Assembly (NCBI GenBank): GCA_963675595.2
Contig: CAXXLZ010000001.1
Coordinates: 160,001-224,000 of the forward strand
DNA from: Thermodesulfobacteriota bacterium
GTDB lineage: Bacteria > Desulfobacterota > Desulfarculia > JACQYL01
Length of the DNA: 64,000 nucleotides
Direction: 5' to 3'
A program made the translations under genes and the position numbers. Below are positions 30,568 through 41,647 of the stretch, one piece after another. How positions within the stretch are numbered: position 1 is the stretch's first letter; the number at the start of each line of letters is the position of its first letter. Below the pieces are notes generated by a model. The model saw only the letters and a program-made list of their open reading frames with translations. It searched no databases and was not told the origin of the DNA.

Positions 30568-30946
30568 TGGCCGTCCTTTGGAGTTATGGTTGGGTAGTCC
30601 GTTTACGTCGCGCGGGAAGCGGATGATATGATCGAAATAAGTACCACACGAGATGTCCGAAATGAAAGGTCGTTTCGGGAGCCGGCGGGTGGATCGGTCG
30701 GAACCCTCGAAGAGGATGGGGCACTGTGTATCGAAGGCGTTAGGGCGGTTCTCCGGAGTCGGATATCCTCTTTATTCTCGACCCATCGCGGTTTGGTGCT
30801 TGACCGGCACCTACAACTTACCCAAAGTGAAGCGGAAAACATGACATTAGAGACGACATGGAAGTCGAAGGCCGGGTCACCATTCCCGAATCGTGCCGGA
30901 AGCACCGGAATTCCGGCCGCCGGGGGAAAAGGAGTCGCGATCCCGA

Positions 30947-31540
30947 ATGCGTTGTCTGATCGTCAAGGCGCATCCTCTTGCAGACAGTCTGTGTTCCTCC
31001 ATTGCTCGACGAGTTGAGGAGGTTCTCCAAGCAGGCGGCCATGAAGTTACTTTGGAAGACCTCTATGCGGAAGGCTTCCAAGCCTCCATGACGCATACGG
31101 AGAGAGCGAGCTATTACGCGGGTCCGTATGTGTCGGAATCCGTGGCGGTCCATGTGGAACGTCTGCTGTCCGCTCAAGCCGTGGTATTGCTGTTTCCCAC
31201 GTGGTGGTTCGGCTTTCCCGCTATTCTGAAAGGTTGGTTCGATCGGGTTTGGGCGCCGGGCACGGCCTATGATCATTCCGACGGATACGGGCCCATCAAA
31301 CCGAGATTGCACGGTCTTCGGGAGATGCTGGTCGTCACTTCCTTGGGGGCTCCCTGGTGGGTGGACCGGTTCGTCATGCGGCAACCGGTGAAGAGAGTGA
31401 TCAAGACCGCCATCATGGGAACCTGCGCTTCGAAATGCCGATTTCGGATGCTCTCGATCTATAAGAGCGAGTCTCTATCGACGGCAAAAGTGGAGAGGTT
31501 CTGGTCTCGCGTCCAAAAGGCGTTGGCCGGGTGGGAATAA
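30947..31540 (+). CDS. NAD(P)H-dependent oxidoreductase (flavodoxin_2/quinone reductase family)
   Basis: AHP, DLY and FPTWWFGFPAILKGWFDRV motifs. Start reassigned to the ATG at 30947. Confidence 0.88.
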   Translation: MRCLIVKAHPLADSLCSSIARRVEEVLQAGGHEVTLEDLYAEGFQASMTHTERASYYAGPYVSESVAVHVERLLSAQAVVLLFPTWWFGFPAILKGWFDRVWAPGTAYDHSDGYGPIKPRLHGLREMLVVTSLGAPWWVDRFVMRQPVKRVIKTAIMGTCASKCRFRMLSIYKSESLSTAKVERFWSRVQKALAGWE

Positions 31541-31686
31541 AGCCGGCCGATGGAGAATCGAGGTACGCTTCATTTGGAGCGGCGATACTCCGTACTAAGG
31601 CGGTGCCTCAACGGAGTCGTTCCGCTATAGAAGGCCTGATGAAGTCCAGATAGTCGGCCGGCGGGATCTCGTTCGCATGGCCGGTG

Positions 31687-34140
31687 TCAGTTTTCATTCT
31701 TCCCCAAGACTCTATGAATGGCATCGGTGAGTTGATACGTACTGACGGGCTTGGTGATCAACTCGGTTATGCCCAGGTCCCTGGCGGCGACTTCGATGGT
31801 CTTGCCGAGATAGCCGGACATGAGAATGACGGGAATGGATATCCCCGCCTCCTTAAGGGCGCTTATCAGGTCCAACCCGCTGAGCTTGGGCATGGAATAG
31901 TCTGTGACGATGACGTCGAAATCGGCGGGGTTCTCTTTGATCGCCGTCAGTGCGTCTACGCTGTCCGTGAAGGAGGTCACCGTATAGCCGCAATTGACCA
32001 GAATGGACCGCATGGAATCGGCTATGGCGGTCTCATCATCCACCACGGCAACCTTCTCCGTGCCCCTCGTAACCGACTCCTTCGGATGATACGATGGTGG
32101 ATCATCCATTTCTATGGCCGGGATAAGAATATTAAATGTCGTGCCTTTTCCGACCTCGCTGTAGGCCGTGATGATTCCGCCCAGGCTCTTGACGATGCCG
32201 TGCACTACGGAAAGTCCGAGCCCGGTGCCCTCACCTTGAGATTTTGTGGTGAAAAAAGGCTCGAATATGCGATCCAGCAGTTCCGGTTCAATACCGCGGC
32301 CCGTATCCGAGACGCGCAGAAGAACGTGTTTCCCTCGCTTGATATCGGGATGGGTGCGCGCGTAGTCTTCGTCCAGGAAGTAATCTTGGAGCTCCAGCTT
32401 GATGGTGCCGGCGGCGCCCCCAATGGCGTGGACCGCGTTCGTAAAGAGATTCATAACAACTTGGTGCAGCTGGGTCGGTTCGGCCATGACCGCGGAACCG
32501 CAATCCATGTTCGTTTCAATATTGATCGTTGAAGGGATGGAGGCTCGCAGAAGCTTCAGTGTTTCCTTGAGCACCGATTCCGGTAACAAGGGCCTGAGTT
32601 CAAAATCCGTCTTCCGACTGAAGGTGAGAATCTGGCCGACGAGATCACGCGCTCTCTCGGAAGCCGTCAATATCTGGCTGATGTAGTTTTCAACATCCGG
32701 TATGGAATCTTTTTTCATCAGGATCAGCTCGGAATACCCGAAGATCACGTTGAGGATGTTGTTGAAGTCGTGAGCGATTCCACCGGCCAGGGTGCCTATG
32801 GCTTCGAGCTTCTGCGCCTGGTTGAGTTTCTTCTCGAACACGGTTTCAGCGGTAATATCACGTGCTATTTCAAGGTAACCCTGTATGCCGCCTCGATCGT
32901 CTCTGAAGTTCACCAGCATGACATCCAACGTAATGGGGTCCGGGTAGTTTCCGTGCAGCACAACGCGACCGGACCAGGGAATGCCGGCCTCCAGGGAAGC
33001 CCAAATTTCGGACGGCGCTATGTTGTGGGGATTCGTCAGGACAGGCTCCGTTCCAAGGATGTCTTCGACTCTAAGACCGGTAATTCTCTCATAAGCGGGA
33101 TTTGCGTAAGTAATCTTCCGATCCAACCCTACCTGTAAAATGATTTCGTTTGAGTGATAGGTAACTTGTTTCATCATATCCATAAGTTTGACTATTGGGT
33201 TGCTCACTTTGCTGTAAAAGAATACGATTATAATTATTGTAATCAGCAAAAAAATGATACCGCTAATGAAAATGGAAAGCAGTATTCTGTTCACAGGTAC
33301 CATGATTTCGGATTTGCTCTGTGTAAATGCCGTGATCCAACCCGTGGTCTGCACATGGTCGATACCTACGATCATCTTGACGCCGTCGAAAGTGTAGTCT
33401 ACGGCGCCTCTCTTCCCTCCCATAAGTATCTTCATGAGCTCTTCCGACCCGGGCTGATCCAGAAGGTTCAGGTGAAGAATAAATTCTTTCTTGGGATGGA
33501 TCAGAATGAGTCCTTGTGAGTTCATGAGAAAGGCGTATCCGGTCTGACCGAGCTTTTCTTGAGAGATAACATTAACGATAAAATCAGTGGTAATTGCGAT
33601 GGCTATGATTCCGTAAAACTCGTTATGGTCTTCAATCGGGGCGGAGATCACGACAATGGGGTTTTCGGGTGTCGCCTTTCCCCTGGGAAAGTACGGCCCG
33701 CCTACGCATGGGGCGCCTTTCCGCGCGCCGATGAAGTATTCCCGATCAGAGATATCCAGGCCGATCTGTTGAGGGAAAAAAGGGTCTTCTCTGATGATTC
33801 CCTGCCGGTCGGCCAGGAAAATAGTGAAGAACTTCTTGCCTACCCGTCCGTAAATATTTGTCAGTTCCAAGGAAGCAATTTGATAATCCTCCGTTTTCGC
33901 GGCGGCGATCACATCCAGGTCCGATGCAATCGTTTCAGCCAATTTCATTTCCTCACTCAAAGTAGCATCGATTAAGACGGATACATTATTGGCGATACGA
34001 ACGGAATTGGCCTTAGTCATCTCCAACAGGGATCGGGAAAGCTGAATATAGATAATGACTGCTACAAGGGTGAAAGGAATGAAAACGGCGGCTATACCGC
34101 CGAGTACCAATCGGTGCTTTAGGGGAAGGTCCTTAGCCAT
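31687..34140 (-). CDS. Hybrid sensor histidine kinase (dCache-PAS-HisKA-HATPase-REC)
   Basis: Two TM helices flanking a Cache domain; GIAHDFNNIL H-box; GTGLGL G2 box; REC domain with VTDYSMP. Confidence 0.92.
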   Translation of the reverse strand: MAKDLPLKHRLVLGGIAAVFIPFTLVAVIIYIQLSRSLLEMTKANSVRIANNVSVLIDATLSEEMKLAETIASDLDVIAAAKTEDYQIASLELTNIYGRVGKKFFTIFLADRQGIIREDPFFPQQIGLDISDREYFIGARKGAPCVGGPYFPRGKATPENPIVVISAPIEDHNEFYGIIAIAITTDFIVNVISQEKLGQTGYAFLMNSQGLILIHPKKEFILHLNLLDQPGSEELMKILMGGKRGAVDYTFDGVKMIVGIDHVQTTGWITAFTQSKSEIMVPVNRILLSIFISGIIFLLITIIIIVFFYSKVSNPIVKLMDMMKQVTYHSNEIILQVGLDRKITYANPAYERITGLRVEDILGTEPVLTNPHNIAPSEIWASLEAGIPWSGRVVLHGNYPDPITLDVMLVNFRDDRGGIQGYLEIARDITAETVFEKKLNQAQKLEAIGTLAGGIAHDFNNILNVIFGYSELILMKKDSIPDVENYISQILTASERARDLVGQILTFSRKTDFELRPLLPESVLKETLKLLRASIPSTINIETNMDCGSAVMAEPTQLHQVVMNLFTNAVHAIGGAAGTIKLELQDYFLDEDYARTHPDIKRGKHVLLRVSDTGRGIEPELLDRIFEPFFTTKSQGEGTGLGLSVVHGIVKSLGGIITAYSEVGKGTTFNILIPAIEMDDPPSYHPKESVTRGTEKVAVVDDETAIADSMRSILVNCGYTVTSFTDSVDALTAIKENPADFDVIVTDYSMPKLSGLDLISALKEAGISIPVILMSGYLGKTIEVAARDLGITELITKPVSTYQLTDAIHRVLGKNEN

Positions 34141-35176
34141 GGTTCATGAGCTTCCTAAAGGACATTTGCTGCGAGGCCCGTCGTCCGACAGTGACCCTTT
34201 TATACCCGTTTCCCGGAAACACTCCATGCACAGGTAATCGAAAAATCTCCATGAAGAACGTTATCCGTCCGTTCCGCCTGTTCAAGGAGGAGCGGGTATT
34301 CCGTAGGTATCCGCGGGTAGGCGGAGCTTACGGTGTGATAGTAAAAGAATACGTCGTTAAATCTCCTTTCCGTGGCCATTTCACTTAGTATCCTTCATTG
34401 ATAGGGATTCATTCCGGATGGGTTTCACTACCCGTCCGCCAGTGTACTCGCGCAACCAATACTTCGACGTTGGATTGTTTACAATCAACCACCCTATGTG
34501 AAAGGCCTGTTGCTGTCAAACCGAATGCCCCGCTCTGCAAAAGCCTCAAAGAGCATGCGGAGGAGTCGCGCACAACCCGGAGCAGGATGCCTTCAACAAC
34601 GAGGAGAGCCTTCCAAGAGCTCGTGGACGGTTCTTCTCGTTGCTCCACTTTGAACGGGGTGTGGTAATCATTCGTGGGGGAACTCGTCTATTGATAGGAG
34701 GGCAGGCCATAGTGCTTGCCCACAATGCGGCCGAAGGCCCACCTTATCCGCTGTACCCACCGTGCCGGCGGTCCCCCGGTGACCCTGTGAACAAACACGG
34801 AGTGTGGGCCGTCGCCGAGAACGGCCTTTACCCATTGACGGGAGTCCATATCCACATAGGTATCTCGTATTTTCGAGCAGTTCGGACAAATGCGTGGTTG
34901 AATCAGGCCTCGGATTGAGCGCGCAGGTTCATCAACGACAACGAAGGAGTGGAAGATAACAGTGGGGAAACCGAACTGCTGAACCCGGGCGAGATCCTGT
35001 AGGCCGGGACCGGCCGGTTGGATGTGCAAGAGCGAGGGGGACCGCTGGAGCGGCCCTCCTCGTTGAGTTCCACGGGCCCGCAGGCCGTTGTGTGAGCTCA
35101 AGAAGGAGGCAGCGGGCGCGAGCAGAGTTCGGGAAGACGCAGCACCTTTTTCGGACTCGTTTTCACCTACACAAGA

Positions 35177-35578
35177 TCAATCCAGATAGGCCTCTTTGTG
35201 CTCCAGGCCGCCCTCCACATAATGCTTCACGGCCTCATCAATCTTTTCGATGTCCGTAGCCACTACCCTGACGCCGGCGGTGGTGAAATGACGGAAGGCT
35301 CCGGTACCGATCTTGTGCACGATCAACGCCTCGCAATCTTTGAAGGTTTCGAACATGGCGCCGTGCCTGCGTTCAGCCTCCGGACCGAACCCGTGCCGTC
35401 CCTTCTCATCGGTCAGGGGATGGCCTGCTTCTCCTGAGAACTCCGGGTGCCCCGGCTTGACTCTGATTTCCTTGGCGACGACTCCATCGGGTCCCACAGT
35501 CGCCACGAGAATGTAGCTGCTTCCCGCGAAATGCTCGGCAATGTTCTCTTTATCGTGGGTTACGATTGCGATCTTCAT
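35177..35578 (-). CDS. NifB/NifX-family iron-molybdenum cluster-binding protein
   Basis: MKIAIVT...IAEHFAGS, His-rich insert, DCEALIVHKIGTGA. Confidence 0.8.
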   Translation of the reverse strand: MKIAIVTHDKENIAEHFAGSSYILVATVGPDGVVAKEIRVKPGHPEFSGEAGHPLTDEKGRHGFGPEAERRHGAMFETFKDCEALIVHKIGTGAFRHFTTAGVRVVATDIEKIDEAVKHYVEGGLEHKEAYLD

Positions 35579-35842
35579 AACGGATGATCCTTTGTCTGAT
35601 GTTCACGCTTGGTTGTCCGTGCACAGGGGCCGGGGGTATCGGCGACTCTTTCAACAAGACGGTCGAGACGGCCGGTGGTGTGCGTCGACCCCGATGAAAT
35701 GTTTCAGACCTTCTCGCGGCCCGCGGACATGCGGGCCCCTCCCCAACCACCGGCGTCCGACCCGGGATGGTTCGGTTGAGGTTGCGTGGGGGGAGTGAGA
35801 CTCCCCCACGGATGATCAGCCGCGCCTTAGCGTAGAAGAGCG

Positions 35843-37105
35843 CTAGAACTCGACGGCGAGCTGAGTGGTGAACAGATCCCGGGAATCCAATCCGTCGTCG
35901 TTATCGTCGAAGTCGCCGTGGAGATACTCGAAGGACAGGGTGGTTCCCGCGAAGAGTTCCCAGCCGAAAACGGCGCCGAAGTTGGATTCCGGATACAAGC
36001 CGAACAAATCCTTGGAACCTTCATACTTGGCGGCGATTTGGAATCGGTCGAGAAAGCCGTAACCCAGCTCGACATTCCAGGCCGCCGGTTTGGCCTCCCG
36101 ATCTTCCCCGTCCAGCACGGCGAACCCCAATTCTCCGGGCTCGAAATCGCTCAATGCGGTCACGTATTCGAGGTTCAGGCCGAAGGAAGCGTAACTCAGC
36201 GTGAAGTGTCCGGCGAGACCGGGGATGGAGTCTTCGAGGGTATCCACCGCCACCTCATCCTGCAGGGTGTCCGTATCCACCATATTGAACAGAAACCCGA
36301 CGCCCACGTTGAAGGACAGGTCTCCAAAGGAGCCTTCCGGGTTGAATACGTCGATGTTGAAAAAGAGATTGTTGATATGATCGTTTTCTTCCGTGGAAAC
36401 GTCTCCATTGAAGCCGCCGAAGGATGCATAAAGCCAATCGCCGGAATAGCCCACGGCGGCTGCGCTTTCCTGAATTTCACCGATCTCCAGGGTCAACGGG
36501 TCGGACACGAAAAAGGTCTCAAAAGGGGAAAACGGAGGATAGAAACGCCCCGCCAGGAGGAACCACGGGAAGTCGGGTGTGGCTCCCAATGTGATGGTGG
36601 CTTCATCCAGGTCCACGGGTTCCGTGTCGTCCTCCTCCCACAACAGGATCATATGGGCGTTGACGTATTTGTGAACGGCGGCGTCCAATTCGATTTGAGC
36701 GGTGGCCAAGCTGATGTCGCTGCTCTCCTCGTCTTTGGCGTTCTTCTTGGTCAGCTTCTCATATCCGGCTTCCACTTCGACCACGCCGTTGATGGAGACT
36801 CGTTCCGCGAGTTCATCGAGGATGGACCGCATATCCTTCTGGCGCCGACCCACGGACTCGAGTTCCTGCGAGATTCGTTCGTTTTCGGATCGAACCTGCT
36901 CGAACCCCGGGTGCTTCGCGGGGGCTGCTCCTTGAGCCCCTACGCCGCGGCCTTCGAGCATCTTCTCCAATTGTTGCACTCGCTCCTTCATCGTCTCCAA
37001 TTCCCGCATCAGATCGTAATTGGACATCTCCTCGGCGTAAGCCGGGAAAGAAATCAGAGACCCGCATGCGAGCATCAATACCAAAATTCGCACCAACTTC
37101 TTCAT
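35843..37105 (-). CDS. LbtU-family (siderophore/iron) outer-membrane porin
   Basis: Signal peptide, coiled coil, INGVVEVEA, LDEATI, SDPLTLEIGE, C-terminal QLAVEF. RBS GGAGG before the ATG at 37105. Confidence 0.82.
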   Translation of the reverse strand: MKKLVRILVLMLACGSLISFPAYAEEMSNYDLMRELETMKERVQQLEKMLEGRGVGAQGAAPAKHPGFEQVRSENERISQELESVGRRQKDMRSILDELAERVSINGVVEVEAGYEKLTKKNAKDEESSDISLATAQIELDAAVHKYVNAHMILLWEEDDTEPVDLDEATITLGATPDFPWFLLAGRFYPPFSPFETFFVSDPLTLEIGEIQESAAAVGYSGDWLYASFGGFNGDVSTEENDHINNLFFNIDVFNPEGSFGDLSFNVGVGFLFNMVDTDTLQDEVAVDTLEDSIPGLAGHFTLSYASFGLNLEYVTALSDFEPGELGFAVLDGEDREAKPAAWNVELGYGFLDRFQIAAKYEGSKDLFGLYPESNFGAVFGWELFAGTTLSFEYLHGDFDDNDDGLDSRDLFTTQLAVEF

Positions 37106-37155
37106 TTTACTCTCTCCTCCGTTCAAGTTTCTTCCATAGTAAATTTCGACTGTTG

Positions 37156-37169
37156 TTAGACTATCCTCA
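37156..37169. promoter_or_regulatory. Putative DtxR-family operator in the porin leader
   Basis: TTAG-ACTATC-CTCA, one mismatch from TTAG-N6-CTAA. Confidence 0.5.
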
Positions 37170-37237
37170 ACACCGGTTCTGTGTTGCATCCTTTATGAAG
37201 TCGTCAGGTCCTGGTGAACCACCTCCTCTCCGGTCGG

Positions 37238-37320
37238 AAAAAAAGGCGCAAGAGGCTTCATAGGGATAGAAGCCTTCCTGCGCCTTCACTTGCCCCTCCA
37301 TGTATTGGAGCCCTTAAGAC
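37238..37320 (-). ncRNA. Conserved leader RNA/attenuator, copy A (upstream of the porin)
   Basis: GUCUUAAGG-GCUCCA..UGGAG..-AAGUGAAGGCG-stem-CGCCUUUUUUU. TATAAT lies 7 nt upstream. Confidence 0.72.
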
Positions 37321-37546
37321 GATATCGATTATATAATTTAATGATGCTTATACTTCAGGTCGTATATGGATTACATATGACTTTCGGAACGACAGTTATC
37401 GCAAATTTATGCAAATATTGCTCAAGTCATGTACAGTGACATTCAAAACTCGGAAGAGTCGACTATAATACGGATAGAACCTCTTTCTCGGTTTCAATAG
37501 GTTGAATTGCGGCATACGGATGTATCCTGAGTTTTCGGCTCATACA

Positions 37547-37705
37547 CTATTCTTTGTCCTCCGAAGCGGAGGTCGGCTTGCCGCAGCAGGCTTCGCAGCC
37601 CCCACAAGCGCATGACGAGCCGCCTCTTTTCAGATTCGCGGAAAGACGTCGGTACAAATATAAGATCGCAATGGCGACAATGACGATTACAATGATGGCA
37701 TCCAC
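37547..37705 (-). CDS. FeoB-associated Cys-rich membrane protein (52 aa; below the ORF-track cutoff)
   Basis: Hand translation from GTG 37705: MDAIIVIVIVAIAILYLYRRLSANLKRGGSSCACGGCEACCGKPTSASEDKE*. One TM helix plus a CxCxxCxxC cluster, within the feo operon. Confidence 0.82.
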   Translation of the reverse strand: MDAIIVIVIVAIAILYLYRRLSANLKRGGSSCACGGCEACCGKPTSASEDKE

Positions 37706-37915
37706 TTATCAGACCTGTCTTATCGTTATTACCCATTGATGATTTCTTGCGGCCATGTCCGAATACCTTGTCGGCCGGGAATACAAGAGTCGGAGCTTCG
37801 CTCCTTGTTTCCCGGCCGAACGGACGGCCGAGGTTGATGATGCCGACCGCCTCGTTCGTGATAGGCGATTCGTTGGTTGGGGGAGGTTCCGTGATCGGCC
37901 TCTCCGCAAGTTCTT

Positions 37916-38716
37916 CTATTTCATGTCCACGGCCTTGACCCAGATCACCGCGTCCTGGGACAGTTCCTTCCCTTTGTATTCCGTGTCGGGACCCACGCCC
38001 AGAGCGCAAAATCCCCACCATCCCGCTCTGGGAATGCCGAAGGAGAACTCACCGTTTACATTGGCTTTGATGGTCATGGTGACAAAGGCGCTTTGGGGTG
38101 CTTCCACTTGGCCTTTTTCGGCAAAGGCGTTCTTGGCCGGAAGCGGCTCGTGGTTCAGGTATTCCATTTCAATTTCGGCATAGGGCACGGGCTTGCCGTT
38201 GCTTTTGACGATCCCTCTGAAGACGTTGCCGGTCCAGAGGGCGTAAGGTTTGTCCAGAGGGACGATCTCGGCCGGTAAACCGACTTCCGTGTCCCAGTCC
38301 GTGGGAAATCCGCCGGTGTTGACCACCACTTTGGTGATTTGCTGGATATAGCTGTCTTCTTCCGATTCGAAATAGGGCGACGGAACCAGACAGAACACAT
38401 TGTCTCCCATGCCTCGCAGCCTGTAGGTGGTATCGTAGGCCGCTCCTTTATTGGACAGACCGGCCCAGGTAATGGGCCGCAACTTCTGCAGAAGGTCCTC
38501 CTTCTTTCCCTTGCGAACGACGAAGAACTGCTCGGGTTTGCCCATATCCATGGTGTGTCCCGCTTCAAAGGGGTGTGTGAAAACCAGCTTGAGGTCGATG
38601 GTTTGTGCTTTCTCCAGTGCCGCTTCCGGCGTATAAATCATCTGAAAGTGGGCGGATGCGGATCCCGTCAGGCCCATCAACATCAAACCGGTCAACATTA
38701 CGGTGAGTTTCTTCAT
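37916..38716 (-). CDS. DUF4198 periplasmic metal-binding protein
   Basis: Signal peptide followed by mature N-terminal His (ASA-HFQM); EIVPLDKPY; GWWGFCAL. Confidence 0.85.
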   Translation of the reverse strand: MKKLTVMLTGLMLMGLTGSASAHFQMIYTPEAALEKAQTIDLKLVFTHPFEAGHTMDMGKPEQFFVVRKGKKEDLLQKLRPITWAGLSNKGAAYDTTYRLRGMGDNVFCLVPSPYFESEEDSYIQQITKVVVNTGGFPTDWDTEVGLPAEIVPLDKPYALWTGNVFRGIVKSNGKPVPYAEIEMEYLNHEPLPAKNAFAEKGQVEAPQSAFVTMTIKANVNGEFSFGIPRAGWWGFCALGVGPDTEYKGKELSQDAVIWVKAVDMK

Positions 38717-38836
38717 GAATGTAACTCCTTTCTCGATCCTTGTTGTTTTCCGTTTACAGACAGTTTGTTGTGTTTTCGTAAACAGTGATGTTTAGAAAGT
38801 TGATTAGGTGATTAACGATCATTTCGGAGCGATGTT

Positions 38837-39166
38837 CTACTCAAAAATATCCTTTCCGTCTGTCCTTATGATGTGCCCTTCTCCGGCATCGAAGACTACG
38901 GTGTAGTCACCGGAAGGCTTCTTGAAGGTGAATTCGCTGTCTTGATCCATTTTGCCTTTGATCAATACTTTTCCGTTGCCGTCTTCAACTCGCATCTCTA
39001 CGCCGGCGGCCGATGAACCGTCGGAGAAGCCTCCTTCGCAAGTAATTGTGGCGTCCCCATTGTCGTAGCATGAGCAAAGCGGGGTGTGGGCCGAGGCGAT
39101 TCCGGCGGACATCAGCCCAACGATTATAATTGCGATAAGAATCAGTTTCCGTTCCATCATGAACAA
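38837..39166 (-). CDS. Small periplasmic protein (CbiL/NikL-like)
   Basis: Signal peptide, mature N-terminus HTPLCSC, CEGGFSDGS, FDAGEGH. Confidence 0.7.
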   Translation of the reverse strand: MFMMERKLILIAIIIVGLMSAGIASAHTPLCSCYDNGDATITCEGGFSDGSSAAGVEMRVEDGNGKVLIKGKMDQDSEFTFKKPSGDYTVVFDAGEGHIIRTDGKDIFE

Positions 39167-39178
39167 TCCTCCATTTTG

Positions 39179-41647
39179 TTAAACGTATCTTGGTTTATTA
39201 TTGATCAATCCCATCAGGATAGTGAATCCCACCGCCAAACCATAGAAGGCGAACATGGCCTGCAGACCGGACAGGCCCAAGGCTCTTCCGCCGGAGAAGA
39301 CCACGGTCGCAGCCAGCAGCCCCAGCACCATGGGGTAGGCCATGGAGAACAGCATCCATTTGGTGGACCCGGCCTGTAGTTTGACCGTGATGGCGGTTGC
39401 AACGCAGGGAGGATAGAGCACCATAAACAACATCAACGCCAGGGCGTGCAGAGGTGTGAAATCCGTCTCCCCCTCGGCCATACGCTGTTCAAGGGCTTGG
39501 CCTTCCTCCTCTTGTTCGTAAAGCGCTCCCAAGGTGGCCACGCTGCTTTCCTTGGCTGCGAGGGCGCTGAGCAGCGCCACGTTGACTCGCCAGTTGAAAC
39601 CGGCCCACTGCGTAGTGGGTTCCAGCGATTTGCCCAGTCTTCCCAGAAAGCTGTTATCGATGCGCTCCTTGCGCATTTCCCTGAGGAGCCCTTTGCGCTC
39701 TTTGAGCAGAGCCTTGAAGGCTCGATTGACCTTTCGCGCGACCTTGTCCTTGCCGGGTCGGACAATGCCGAAGAAGAGCGGATTCCGCGTTTCGAACCGA
39801 TCATTGACCTCTTCCATGGCCTCCCGGCTTCGGACTCCCATTTGGGCGTCTTTGTACTGGTCCTGGAAAAGAGCTAGTTCCATGAGATTTCCGGGACCCA
39901 GTTTCTCCGCATAGGAGGTGTTTCCGATTTCGTCGAAAAAGGTGTTGAGGACCCTGTCTTTCTCCTGATGGTAATGGACCATCCGTTCGTTGCCGATTCC
40001 CGGAAACTGAAGGAGAACGAAGATGACTACGGCCACGGCGGCCACGATGGTGGTGATCTTCCTCATGAACAGCCACACACGCTCGGCCGCCCTTCCGAGA
40101 ATTCCACGAATCGTCGGCAGGTGATAGGGCGGCATTTCCATGACGAAAGGGGCCGTTTCCTTGTTCTTGAGGACCGTCATGGTCAGTATTTTGGCCACGG
40201 GAAGCACGAAAAAGAGACTGATGGTGGAGATGAAAAACATGGCCCAGGCCTTGTGGGCCGCGAAGTAGATGTTCACCAAAAGGACATACAGCGGCACCTT
40301 GGCCAAACAATTGAGCATGGGAATGATCAGGATGGTGGCCAGCCTGGATCGTTCGTCGGGGATGCCTTTACACGACATCACCCCGGGGACGGCGCAACCG
40401 CCGACATAGATTCCGCCCAGAACCATGGGTAGGGTGGACTGCCCGTGCAGACCGAAACGGTTGAAGATTCTGTCCATCATGAAGGCCATGCGCGGCATGT
40501 AGCCGCTGTCTTCCAGGATGGCGATGAGGCCGAACAGGATGAAGAAGATGGGGATGTAGTTCAGCAAGGCGTTGATGCTGTCCATGAACCAGAGAGCAAA
40601 AGAACGGAGCAGGGGCACTTCGATGAAGCCCGGATCGGGTGTCAGCGACTCCACAAGGCTCCTCAGTTTTGCCAAGTAGGGCCAAGTGTAATTGGTGAGG
40701 TTGTACCCCTGAACCACCGAGAGGTAATAAAGGAGCCAGATGACGCCCACCATGATCAGGGGTCCCAGGATGCGGTGGCACACAAAACGATCGATTTTGT
40801 CGGAAAGAGGGGTCTTCCTCGCCCCTGTGGGTTTGATGCACGATTTGGCGATGTCGTCCGCCGCACGATATCTCCGGTTGGCTATATACAGTTCCGGCAT
40901 CTCGCCGTATCGGGCTTCGAAATCCGCCCTCATCTTATCCACGAATGCCGGAAGGGATTCGGCGTCCGAACAGTTTTCTTCAATCAGCCGTCGGGCTTCA
41001 CGGTCGCCTTCCATGAGTTTGATGGCCATCCATCGAAGGGGATAGTCCGTTGTCGGGAAGGTCAGCGTGGAGAGCCTGTCCACGATGTCACGAAAGAAGG
41101 GTTCCATTTCGCCGTAGTCGATGTTGGCCGCCTTGGTCGTAGTCGTCGCCTCGGAAACGGCTGTAATGGCATCCAGCAGTTCTTTCTTGCCTCGACCGCT
41201 CTTCATGGTGGTGGGGACGACATGGATGCCCAACATTTTGGAAAGCGCCCCTACGTTGATGTCGACTCCGCGTTTTTCCGCGACATCCATCATGTTCAGG
41301 TCCAGAATCACCGGGATGTCCATTTCCAGCAGTTGGAACGTAAGATACAGGCTTCGTTTCAGATTGGAGGCATCCATGACGTTGACGGCCACGGAGGGCT
41401 TTTCGTGCAGGATGAAATCCCGTGAAACGCGCTCCTCGGGCGAGTAGGAAGTGAGGCTGTAGGTGCCGGGCAGGTCGACCACTTCGATCTTGGCGCCGTT
41501 GTGCCTGTACCGGCCGACCATCTTGTCGACGGTGACGCCGGGATAGTTGGCCACGTGCTGGCTCGCACCGGTAAGTGAGTTGAACACGGTGGATTTGCCG
41601 CTGTTGGGTTGGCCGGCAAGGGCCACCAAGCATCTTTGAGCTTTCAC
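39179..41647 (-). CDS. feoB: Ferrous iron transporter B
   Basis: GQPNSGKST, NYPGVTV, DLPGTYS, NMMD, LEDSGYMPR, YPPC and multiple TM segments. Confidence 0.96.
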   Translation of the reverse strand: MKAQRCLVALAGQPNSGKSTVFNSLTGASQHVANYPGVTVDKMVGRYRHNGAKIEVVDLPGTYSLTSYSPEERVSRDFILHEKPSVAVNVMDASNLKRSLYLTFQLLEMDIPVILDLNMMDVAEKRGVDINVGALSKMLGIHVVPTTMKSGRGKKELLDAITAVSEATTTTKAANIDYGEMEPFFRDIVDRLSTLTFPTTDYPLRWMAIKLMEGDREARRLIEENCSDAESLPAFVDKMRADFEARYGEMPELYIANRRYRAADDIAKSCIKPTGARKTPLSDKIDRFVCHRILGPLIMVGVIWLLYYLSVVQGYNLTNYTWPYLAKLRSLVESLTPDPGFIEVPLLRSFALWFMDSINALLNYIPIFFILFGLIAILEDSGYMPRMAFMMDRIFNRFGLHGQSTLPMVLGGIYVGGCAVPGVMSCKGIPDERSRLATILIIPMLNCLAKVPLYVLLVNIYFAAHKAWAMFFISTISLFFVLPVAKILTMTVLKNKETAPFVMEMPPYHLPTIRGILGRAAERVWLFMRKITTIVAAVAVVIFVLLQFPGIGNERMVHYHQEKDRVLNTFFDEIGNTSYAEKLGPGNLMELALFQDQYKDAQMGVRSREAMEEVNDRFETRNPLFFGIVRPGKDKVARKVNRAFKALLKERKGLLREMRKERIDNSFLGRLGKSLEPTTQWAGFNWRVNVALLSALAAKESSVATLGALYEQEEEGQALEQRMAEGETDFTPLHALALMLFMVLYPPCVATAITVKLQAGSTKWMLFSMAYPMVLGLLAATVVFSGGRALGLSGLQAMFAFYGLAVGFTILMGLINNKPRYV

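Noticed and set aside
34409-35101. Two in-frame minus-strand ORFs separated by one TAG (possible readthrough or pseudogene)
   Set aside because: No recognisable domain, RBS or recoding signal; cannot be supported.
37405-37426. Imperfect palindrome TTATGCAAATATTGCTCAA upstream of attenuator A as a Fur box or sigma54 promoter
   Set aside because: Poor match to the Fur consensus and no GG at -24. It may bind some factor, but I cannot assign one.
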